Shown: one piece after another, positions 9,849-16,512 of the stretch
Position numbering within the stretch: the first letter of the stretch is position 1
Layout: each line of letters starts with the position of its first letter
Assembly: GCA_001192655.1 (NCBI GenBank)
Contig: BBVC01000002.1
Span: 7,550 to 39,549 of the forward strand
DNA from: Caedimonas varicaedens
Lineage (GTDB): Bacteria; Pseudomonadota; Alphaproteobacteria; Caedimonadales; Caedimonadaceae
Length of the DNA stretch: 32,000 nt
Direction of reading: 5' to 3'
Notes under the pieces: generated by a model
Seen by the model: only the letters and a program-made list of their open reading frames with translations
Database searches by the model: none
What the model was told of the DNA's origin: nothing
Position numbers and translations under genes: made by a program

Positions 9849-10744
9849 AAGTTGCCCTTATTGCTGCTCTTTCCTTTTTCCTGTCATCAAGCTACGCTAC
9901 AGCCACCGAAAAGAAACAGGAAGTGATTGTCAGTTTCAGTATTTTGGCTGATTTTGTCAAAGTTATTGGCAGAGAACACGTGCATGTTACTTCTATTGTT
10001 CCCCCCAACAGCGATCCTCATGTATATCAGCCGACTCCGGAAATTCCTGCACTTTTAAGCCATGCTGACCTCGTCATCATGAATGGGTTGGATTTTGAGG
10101 GATGGATTGCTCGTTTATTAGAGTCCACAAAGTATCAAGGAGTTGTTTCAATTGCGACCGAAGGCATCACTCCGCGCATACTTCTGGAACCTGGACTTTC
10201 TTCGGCACAAGCTGTCCCTGACCCTCATGCCTGGCATGATGTGTCCCATGCTATAAGTTACGTTAAAAACATTCGTAATGCCTTGATTAAAGTGGATCCT
10301 CTCCATCAAAAAGATTATGAAAAACATGCAAAAGAGTACATTCAGCAACTGAATTTATTGGACACGTGGATTCAGGAAACCTTCTCCAAAATCTCTCCTG
10401 AAAAAAGGACGATTATCTCTGCTCATGATGCCTTTGGTTATTTTGCAGAACGATATGGGCTTAAAATTTATGCGCTTCAGGGACTAAGTACAGAGTCAGA
10501 GCCTTCTGCCAGAAAGGTTGCTGATCTTATTGACATTATTCATAAAAATAATATTCGAGCGTTATTTTGCGAGAATATTACAAATCACAGACTCCTCGAA
10601 CAGATTGCTCACGAAACAAATATAGAAATAGGGGGGACCCTTTATTCAGATGCGCTTTCTGATGACTCAGGCCCTGCTAAAAATTATCTTGAGTTGATGC
10701 GCCATAATGTATCTGTATTAAGTTCTACTCTTTCCCAGAAATGA
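9845..10744 (+). CDS. Metal ABC transporter substrate-binding protein (ZnuA/TroA cluster A-I)
   Basis: Sec signal MKVALIAALSFFLSSSYATA, with the motifs DPHVYQPTP, DPHAWHD and HDAFGYF. No His-rich loop is present, so metal specificity (Zn versus Mn/Fe) is open. Start set at ATG 9845; the tracked start at 9671 lies inside the permease gene. Confidence 0.9.
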   Translation: MKVALIAALSFFLSSSYATATEKKQEVIVSFSILADFVKVIGREHVHVTSIVPPNSDPHVYQPTPEIPALLSHADLVIMNGLDFEGWIARLLESTKYQGVVSIATEGITPRILLEPGLSSAQAVPDPHAWHDVSHAISYVKNIRNALIKVDPLHQKDYEKHAKEYIQQLNLLDTWIQETFSKISPEKRTIISAHDAFGYFAERYGLKIYALQGLSTESEPSARKVADLIDIIHKNNIRALFCENITNHRLLEQIAHETNIEIGGTLYSDALSDDSGPAKNYLELMRHNVSVLSSTLSQK

Positions 10745-10766
10745 CATCATGCCAAATACCAAAAAA

Positions 10767-11036
10767 TTATCTGGATTTGAAATTTTTCCGCGGATGGGTG
10801 TGCAGTTCATAGGGATAAAGGCGAAAGCGCGCCTCTTGAAGACCACCCGAATAAAGACTGAAATTATGGGTGATCAGTTTAGCTTCGCACCCCTCGACCG
10901 AGCATTGAAAGCTGAGATGCTTGACGCCCGCAGGCAGACGTTTGTCTCCAAAAGTATAGTCCCAGGCTTCGGCAACCGTGATAATCCGTCCCAATTCAGG
11001 GCAATAGGCTTGTTTGGTATTGGTCTTGTTGGCCAT
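10767..11036 (-). CDS. Orphan 89-aa Cys/His-containing protein (hypothetical; possibly a degenerate zinc ribbon)
   Basis: An AAGGAA SD lies 7 nt upstream of the ATG. The amino-acid composition looks protein-like. The pattern is YCPELG...YTFGDKR...FQCSVEGCEAKL...HTH. It is convergent with the transporter operon. I recognise no family with certainty. Confidence 0.5.
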   Translation of the reverse strand: MANKTNTKQAYCPELGRIITVAEAWDYTFGDKRLPAGVKHLSFQCSVEGCEAKLITHNFSLYSGGLQEARFRLYPYELHTHPRKNFKSR

Positions 11037-11130
11037 GATCGTTCCTTCTATAAATAAAAAGAAACCATCACCGATTTTTTATCTATGAAGCGGCAAGGGA
11101 AACAACCCAAAAAGGAAGCGCACAACAATA

Positions 11131-11255
11131 TACCCTTCGCCTTTCAAAATCTGGGGTCGTTGGACTTCGGAATTCGTTCCTGATCACGTACTTTATGTAC
11201 GCTGCGCGGAACTCACCGCTCGTCCGCCTACCCAGCTTTTGAAATCCTTTGGGTA
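11131..11255. mobile_element. MITE-like palindromic unit flanked by TA dinucleotides
   Basis: The ends TA-CCCTTCGCCTTTCAAAATCTGGG and CCCAGCTTTTGAAATCCTTTGGG-TA form an imperfect 25-nt inverted repeat (18 of 25 positions pair). They enclose about 75 nt, which contains hairpins of its own. Confidence 0.4.
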
Positions 11256-11464
11256 ACCTCACTATCCCTTTCCCCACGCGTTAAGGGAAAGATAGTCTCT
11301 ATCACAGGAAAAATTCCTGCAACGCCTTGTGGAGACAGGGAAAAGAGGGTCTTGAAATGTGTTGCCTAAATGCTTTATCTTCATTGTTAGCCATCATTGA
11401 TAGTTGGTGATCGGTGATGGTTAGGAAGTCTTAGAGATTACAGTCTCTGAGGCTTCCGCCTTCA

Positions 11465-11500
11465 TACCCTTCGCCTTTCAAAATTTGGTGGCTTTGGGTA
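11465..11500. repeat. Truncated second copy of the 11131-11255 element
   Basis: TA-CCCTTCGCCTTTCAAAATTTGGTGGCTTTGGG-TA. Positions 11464-11497 match 11130-11163 at 30 of 34 positions, with the first 21 identical. It keeps the left end and only the tip (CTTTGGG) of the right end, and is again flanked by TA. Confidence 0.45.
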
Positions 11501-11661
11501 TACAGACCAAAGGATTTTTTAAGAATCCCCTAACCTGTTGGTAAGAATCATAAACCACCCACAAATCAAAAATCAAGTATAAAAAATTGGGTTAACTATG
11601 AAAAGAATATGCTGTTATCTTTGACCCCTTCTCGCAAAAAATGAGATTTATTTTCAAGATT

Positions 11662-11690
11662 TTGACTATCCTGAAATTAAAAATTAATAT
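11662..11690 (+). promoter_or_regulatory. Sigma70-like promoter for the 11739 ORF
   Basis: TTGACT (11662-11667), a 17-nt spacer, then TAATAT (11685-11690), about 50 nt upstream of ATG 11739. Confidence 0.35.
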
Positions 11691-11738
11691 AAAATAGGGT
11701 GAATTGATTTTCCTCTTAGACAATGAAAGGTTACTTTT

Positions 11739-12251
11739 ATGCGAAAAAAAGTTTTTTACGTTTTTATCTTGCTGTTCATTACTTTTGCCGTAAAAGCAAG
11801 CGATAAACAAACAGAGGAATTCGGAGACTTTATTACAAAAACTCCTTTTCTTGTTCAGGATATCGCCATAAATGAAGGAAAGAAAAGGTTTTCAAACGAT
11901 GAAATTATTGCCTTTATTCGTGATGAAAATAATCCTCTCAAGTTTAGAATTAAAGCGGCTCGCTATGGGATGAATAAAGAAATACCAGAGGCTGAAGAGC
12001 TTTATACCGAAGAAGTTTATAACCCTTTAAAGGAGTTAATGGAGGATAATCAAGACTTTAAACTTCCAAACGCTTTTGAGATATGTCTGAAACTTTCTCG
12101 TTACGATGTAGAGGAGTTTATAAACGGATGTAACTATGGTTACATTTTATATAGAATAAAGCACCATCAATCAAAAAAAGAATATGACGCCGTCAAGAAG
12201 TGGAAAAAAATACGCTGTTCTATGCAAGAAAAAACCAATCTTTCTTTTTAA
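11739..12251 (+). CDS. Secreted hypothetical protein (170 aa)
   Basis: Sec signal MRKKVFYVFILLFITFAVKA. The gene is AT-rich and the product is Lys/Glu-rich. I recognise no domain. Confidence 0.6.
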   Translation: MRKKVFYVFILLFITFAVKASDKQTEEFGDFITKTPFLVQDIAINEGKKRFSNDEIIAFIRDENNPLKFRIKAARYGMNKEIPEAEELYTEEVYNPLKELMEDNQDFKLPNAFEICLKLSRYDVEEFINGCNYGYILYRIKHHQSKKEYDAVKKWKKIRCSMQEKTNLSF

Positions 12252-12359
12252 ATAAAATTTTAATTTAATTTATTTAAAATAAAAATATTTTGTTTATGTA
12301 TTGTTTTATAGTAAAAGCATAAAAATTGACAAATAGGTTAATTTTTGATAGGGGTTTTT

Positions 12360-13817
12360 ATGAAAAAACAATACATATTTTCGGCTTCAAATCTACTCTT
12401 TTGTATATTAAACTCTCTTTATGCTTCAGAGACTGCTCTTACGATGAGAGAAACTTTAGAAGAACCTGTTTCTCTTCATCGTCCTGTTGTTTCACCCAAA
12501 ACTTCTCTCGAAATTCTGGAAGACCGGCTCTTTAGCCTTCCTCAGCCTAAAACCTTCTCTGATGCGGTGGCCATAAGTCGCGCTCTTTTAAAAGCAGAAG
12601 CTGATTACTTTTCATCTGGGTTTCAGGAGAGTCTTCAAGCCAATCCCGATTCTCTTATGGTATTGTATAACCTAGGATTTAAAACTATTATGGAGACCCT
12701 CAACACGAGCATTGAACAAATCCTTAAGGGAAATGGGTCTAACCTTGCAAAAGCAAGAAAAATAAAAGAAGCCATTGACAAAATAAAAGCAACAAATAAA
12801 AAAGCAGTAGTAGCTTTTAAGTTCGTTGACCCACAAAATTCAGCAACAAAGTTGGTTCTTTTGGATTTTATTCAGCAGCATCTTATTCAACCTTTTACAG
12901 AGATTACAGAGACTTCTGAAGTAGCTCTTAAAGTGCTGTCGAAGCAGGAAAAAAAAGAGAGTAGAAACGTTTGGCTTCCTCCTGAGCTTTTAAAGCAAAA
13001 AAAATCTGGCCAGAATCGTGGAAAGAAGAAAAACGTCGCATCCGGAAAGAATCAGAAGAATAATACCAAAAAGAGTTTAGGTAATAGAGCCGAACTATCG
13101 TCAAAAGCATCACAGCCTGACGAAGCAATTCAAAATCCAAAACCTAAAGAAGAACTAACTTTTCCCCCCCTTCTAAGAGAGCCCTTAGGTTTAACGCCAG
13201 AAGAGCAACACGTTTCTCACTCTGCTGATAAAGAAATAAGAGAAACAGCTGATAAACTTCTTGGTCTTCTTCCTGAAGAAAAGGCTGCAGAATCCGCCGT
13301 TCAAGAACCACTTCCTTCTGTTTCTCCGCAAGAGGAAATAATAATCCTTGAAGAAGTCAACGATAGCACTCCTCAATACCCTATAAAAAATAACAAAAAA
13401 AAGATAACCCTCAAGCAAAAAATGACAAATAAAAATGAGGCTCTAGAAGCAGAAAAGAACGACGTCAAAAAAATTCTTGTAAAAAGAAGTTCTTGGGATG
13501 TTATGGTGAAAATAAGAAAATTGCGAGACCAACCTTTGCATAAGGGTGAATTTAATGACAAAGTGCCCCTTAAAGATATGTACAAACTTATTAGCGAATG
13601 CAATGGCATCATCGCTCCTGGTGGCAAAAGTAATATTAATCTTGCTATACCCTCGTTGAACCCCAAACATAAAGGGAAATGGAATTCAACTTCTATTCAT
13701 AATTTGCACAGCGATAGAGCGCTCTTTCTTCCGCCAAATACAGAGCATTGGTGGAATCGGATTGAAAACTTGCTGATAGAGGCTGGAATAGGACCAGAGA
13801 CCATTGAAACAATGTAA
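12360..13817 (+). CDS. Secreted hypothetical protein with a long Lys/Pro/Glu-rich low-complexity centre
   Basis: Start set at ATG 12360 (AGGGG SD; MKKQYIFSASNLLFCILNSLYA signal) rather than 12345. The ORF is long and uninterrupted. The last ~80 aa look globular (KDMYKLISECNG...SIHNLHSD...IENLLIEAGI). Confidence 0.7.
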   Translation: MKKQYIFSASNLLFCILNSLYASETALTMRETLEEPVSLHRPVVSPKTSLEILEDRLFSLPQPKTFSDAVAISRALLKAEADYFSSGFQESLQANPDSLMVLYNLGFKTIMETLNTSIEQILKGNGSNLAKARKIKEAIDKIKATNKKAVVAFKFVDPQNSATKLVLLDFIQQHLIQPFTEITETSEVALKVLSKQEKKESRNVWLPPELLKQKKSGQNRGKKKNVASGKNQKNNTKKSLGNRAELSSKASQPDEAIQNPKPKEELTFPPLLREPLGLTPEEQHVSHSADKEIRETADKLLGLLPEEKAAESAVQEPLPSVSPQEEIIILEEVNDSTPQYPIKNNKKKITLKQKMTNKNEALEAEKNDVKKILVKRSSWDVMVKIRKLRDQPLHKGEFNDKVPLKDMYKLISECNGIIAPGGKSNINLAIPSLNPKHKGKWNSTSIHNLHSDRALFLPPNTEHWWNRIENLLIEAGIGPETIETM

Positions 13818-13875
13818 GTGATTTCCATTCGTGAAACTGCTCTTCCTTTAATGACCCTGTCTCCCTTCCCTTTTC

Positions 13876-13903
13876 TTGAAATTTTTAGAGAATAGGGTAT
13901 AAT
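13876..13903 (+). promoter_or_regulatory. ibpA promoter (heat-shock/sigma70-like)
   Basis: C-TTGAAA (13876-13881), a 16-nt spacer, then TATAAT (13898-13903). The CTTGAA -35 also fits RpoH-type promoters. Confidence 0.45.
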
Positions 13904-13990
13904 AAAAAAGTTGATCGCCTATATGGGGTCAACTTTTTTTGTCTGGCGTATGCAGACAGTTAACCTTATTGCTCATAGGAGAATTGGGTC
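13904..13990 (+). promoter_or_regulatory. ROSE-like RNA-thermometer leader of ibpA (candidate)
   Basis: Three hairpins are present: 13904-13940, 13941-13957 (GTCTG/CAGAC) and an SD hairpin. In the SD hairpin, TTGCT (13969-13973) lies opposite AGGA (13977-13980), so the SD pairs with U-Y-(G bulge)-C-U. That is the ROSE signature. Confidence 0.4.
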
Positions 13991-14461
13991 ATGAGAAGTT
14001 ATGATTTAACACCCTTATTTCGTTCCAGTATTGGCTTTGATCGATTGATGAGACTGATGGACACTTCCCTGAGGTCTGAGGAATCGTCATCGTCCTCTTA
14101 TCCACCCTACAACATCGAAAAGTTAGATGAGGAAACTTATCGCCTGACTATGGCAGTGGCCGGGTTTAATGAAGAGATGATGACTATTACCGTCCAGGAT
14201 AATGTTCTGGTGGTGGCAGGCAAAGCCCATCCCGATGACGAAGATGTTCAGTATTTGTATCGGGGAATCGCGCGACGCGCTTTCGAACGGCAATTCCAGC
14301 TGGCAGATTTTATTAAGATCGGCAATGCTTCCTTGGAAAATGGGCTTTTGCGCATTACGCTCCACCGAGAAATTCCCGAAGCCATGAAGCCACGCACCAT
14401 TCAGATTTCCAAAAAAGCGTCGCCTGCTAAAAACAAATTGATCGAACACGAGACTCAATAA
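13991..14461 (+). CDS. ibpA: Small heat-shock protein (Hsp20/IbpA family)
   Basis: N-terminal MRSYDLTPLFRSSIGFDRL and YPPYNIEK...YRLTMAVAGF, an alpha-crystallin domain typical of IbpA/IbpB. Confidence 0.93.
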   Translation: MRSYDLTPLFRSSIGFDRLMRLMDTSLRSEESSSSSYPPYNIEKLDEETYRLTMAVAGFNEEMMTITVQDNVLVVAGKAHPDDEDVQYLYRGIARRAFERQFQLADFIKIGNASLENGLLRITLHREIPEAMKPRTIQISKKASPAKNKLIEHETQ

Positions 14462-14483
14462 GGCTTACCTTTGATTATATGAA

Positions 14484-14510
14484 GAGGCAGGATAACCTTC
14501 CTGCCCTTTA
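14484..14510. terminator. Terminator hairpin between the convergent ibpA and nucleoside hydrolase genes
   Basis: GGCAGG (14486-14491) pairs with CCTGCC (14500-14505) around an 8-nt loop, followed by CTTTATT. Confidence 0.55.
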
Positions 14511-15449
14511 TTAATCCCTATAGGTTCTCATCAAATCAATAATCAGATCAAACGCCTGATCCGCCCGAATGGTATCCGCCACCCATATCCAGTGATCCTG
14601 AATGTGGGCAGGATATTCATTAACAATAGACGCCCCTATACTGGCTTCATTAGAATGGTCAACTATAACGTTCATCTTCTTGAAGGTAAAAAGATCAGGA
14701 CGAAGCATATAAGCAGCAATACAAGCATCATGAACAGAACGTCCCAAAAGCCCAAGACGCGTGATATCACTGTCCACGCCATGCGTCAACATCCCGGCGA
14801 CCTGGCGCCCCACCTCATTACCCATTGAATTGAGCTTTCTCAAACGTTCTTCAGAAGTTACCAATTGATGGGTTACATTCAATCCAATCATCCTCATGGG
14901 AATACCGCTGGACACCACGATATAAGCGGCGTGAGGATCAACATAGAAATTGAATTCAGCCGCCGCCGTAATATTGCCGCCATTGGTCGACCCACCCATA
15001 AAAATGATTTCCTCAATATTTTTTGCAATATCAGGTTCCTTGATCAAGGCAAGGGCAATATTGGTCATGGGGCCACTGACAGAAAGCGTAACTTTCTGTG
15101 CAGAATGCAGAAGAGTCTCAATAATAAAATCCACTGCGTGCTGGGGTTGGATTGAACTTTCAGGTTCGGGCAACGAGGCGCCATCAATACCGCTTTCTCC
15201 ATGAACATGTGCCGCATAAACAGGTTTGCGCAAAATGGGACGCCCACATCCCCCAAAAACTTTAACATCCGTACGTTTTGATAGTTCAAGGATCTTTAAG
15301 GCATTCTTGTTGATCCAGTGAATGGGAGCGTTGCCTGATACTGTTGTAATGCCCAGCACATCAAAGTCCTGGGGGGAGGCCAGCGCCATCAGAATCAAAA
15401 CAGCATCATCTGCGCCAGGATCACAATCGATAATGAGGGGGCGTCGCAT
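14511..15449 (-). CDS. Nucleoside hydrolase (IUNH family)
   Basis: The N-terminal LIIDCDPGADDAVLILMA (DxDxxxDD) motif is diagnostic for inosine-uridine-preferring nucleoside hydrolases. Confidence 0.92.
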   Translation of the reverse strand: MRRPLIIDCDPGADDAVLILMALASPQDFDVLGITTVSGNAPIHWINKNALKILELSKRTDVKVFGGCGRPILRKPVYAAHVHGESGIDGASLPEPESSIQPQHAVDFIIETLLHSAQKVTLSVSGPMTNIALALIKEPDIAKNIEEIIFMGGSTNGGNITAAAEFNFYVDPHAAYIVVSSGIPMRMIGLNVTHQLVTSEERLRKLNSMGNEVGRQVAGMLTHGVDSDITRLGLLGRSVHDACIAAYMLRPDLFTFKKMNVIVDHSNEASIGASIVNEYPAHIQDHWIWVADTIRADQAFDLIIDLMRTYRD

Positions 15450-15656
15450 CTTTTAATCCTCTCTTCTCTGTCAACGGGTATTATCGTATCTTTGGTACGA
15501 GAAAAATACGTAGAATACAAGAAAGAAACTTATAAAATAAGCTAAATATTCTATTGACGAATACAGAATTTTTCTTTTTCAGATTCTTTTCTTTTTTTGA
15601 GAAGATTGTTTGAGAAAAAATTGAAAAAGGTACAACCAAAAAATAGAGGTATTTCC

Positions 15657-16478
15657 ATGCAACATCATAAAAAATCAGCAAACGCTCATCTGCTCCACCC
15701 TTTTCAATCTTCCCTTCTTCTTGGGCAACACTCCCTGCAACATGGTTTTTTCTCGCGACAGGGAGGCGTTTCTCAGGGACTTTTGGCTTCACTGAATACA
15801 CGCGATCTTCCACCCGAACAAAAAGAAAACTTGCAAGAAAATTATAACCGCATCAGTGGGTGGTTTGGTCTGACTTCTGATCATTTGGCGCTGGTACGAC
15901 AAGTTCATGGAAAAACTGTGCTTTGGCTTGACAAGGCGCCTTCTACTTCTCAACTTATTGAAGCAGATGCGCTTGTGACCCGACAGCCTCAATTGATCTT
16001 GGGTATTCGCACAGCGGATTGTGTCCCTATTTTACTCTATGATCCTGTCTCTCACATATGTGCAGCTATCCACGCAGGGTGGAAAGGCGTCTTGCTGAAT
16101 ATCGTTTATGAAACAATCAAGGTTATGAAAGAACGGGGTTCAGAACCCCAAAATATCCTCGCCGTCATTGGTCCCTGTATTCATCAGAAAAACTATGAAG
16201 TGGGAGAAGATGTATACTTTCCCTTTAAAGAAAAAAAACCGTCATGGGCAACATTTTTCAAGCCCAGCAGCCATATCAATCACTATTGGCTTGATCTACC
16301 AGGACTGGTCAAAAATCAATTACAAACTGCTGGCTTGAGAAAGATCGACGCCCTTGAGAAGAATACATACGCTGAAGAAGAGAATTTTTTTAGCTGCCGT
16401 CGCGCTTATCATCGGCAAGAGCCCGTGTTTGGTAACCAGATCTCAGCTATTTGTCTAAAAGATTCCACACTTTGCTAG
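15657..16478 (+). CDS. pgeF: Peptidoglycan editing factor PgeF / YfiH (laccase-domain, DUF152) protein
   Basis: Motifs VHG, ADALVT, RTADCVPILL and HAGWKG. Start set at ATG 15657 (AGAGG SD), not TTG 15597. Confidence 0.88.
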   Translation: MQHHKKSANAHLLHPFQSSLLLGQHSLQHGFFSRQGGVSQGLLASLNTRDLPPEQKENLQENYNRISGWFGLTSDHLALVRQVHGKTVLWLDKAPSTSQLIEADALVTRQPQLILGIRTADCVPILLYDPVSHICAAIHAGWKGVLLNIVYETIKVMKERGSEPQNILAVIGPCIHQKNYEVGEDVYFPFKEKKPSWATFFKPSSHINHYWLDLPGLVKNQLQTAGLRKIDALEKNTYAEEENFFSCRRAYHRQEPVFGNQISAICLKDSTLC

Positions 16479-16480
16479 AG

Positions 16481-16512
16481 AGAAGGTTTCATTTACATGA
16501 AAACCTCTTTTA
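16481..16512 (+). terminator. Probable pgeF terminator
   Basis: Imperfect hairpin of about 11 bp, AGAAGGTTTCAT-ttac-ATGAAAACCTCT, followed by TTTTATAATTT. Confidence 0.4.

Larger units (their letters stand above)
11060..11520 (+). ncRNA. Candidate large structured RNA; the alternative explanation is nested palindromic repeat elements
   Basis: No credible ORF is present. Hairpins at 11391-11420 (11 bp) and 11424-11457 (14 bp) each contain two pairs that are G-U on + but C-A on -. Further elements are a GGAA-UUCG-UUCC hairpin at 11169-11180, a 12-bp bulged hairpin at 11261-11296 and a 6-bp hairpin at 11305-11319. Positions 11063-11075 are perfectly complementary to 11410-11422. The 3' end has CTTTGG-N9-CCAAAG followed by GATTTTTT (11492-11520). 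Confidence 0.3.

Noticed and set aside
10749-11057. 102-aa plus-strand ORF overlapping the 89-aa minus-strand ORF
   Set aside because: It has no SD before its ATG and a featureless sequence. The opposite-strand ORF has an AAGGAA SD and a Cys/His pattern, though neither is proven.
11153-11235. ZTP (pfl) riboswitch, suggested by GGGTCGT near the 5' side and CGTCCGCC near the 3' side
   Set aside because: The conserved pseudoknot element (CCGCCUGGGC-like) and the ACUGGCG box are not present. No purine or folate gene lies downstream.
11083-11560. Two-piece (permuted) alphaproteobacterial tmRNA, suggested by a GGGGTCG... segment and a minus-strand frame GCT AAC AAT GAA GAT AAA (ANNEDKAF...)
   Set aside because: There is no tRNA-like T arm (GGTTCGA-type loop) and no acceptor 3' strand complementary to GGGGTCG ending in CCA. 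The candidate tag runs 27 codons and ends in ...EFFL rather than a typical ...(L/V)AA tail.
15481-15813. 110-aa minus-strand ORF across the hydrolase/pgeF intergenic region
   Set aside because: It consists mostly of low-complexity translation of an AT-rich promoter region and overlaps the pgeF 5' end.
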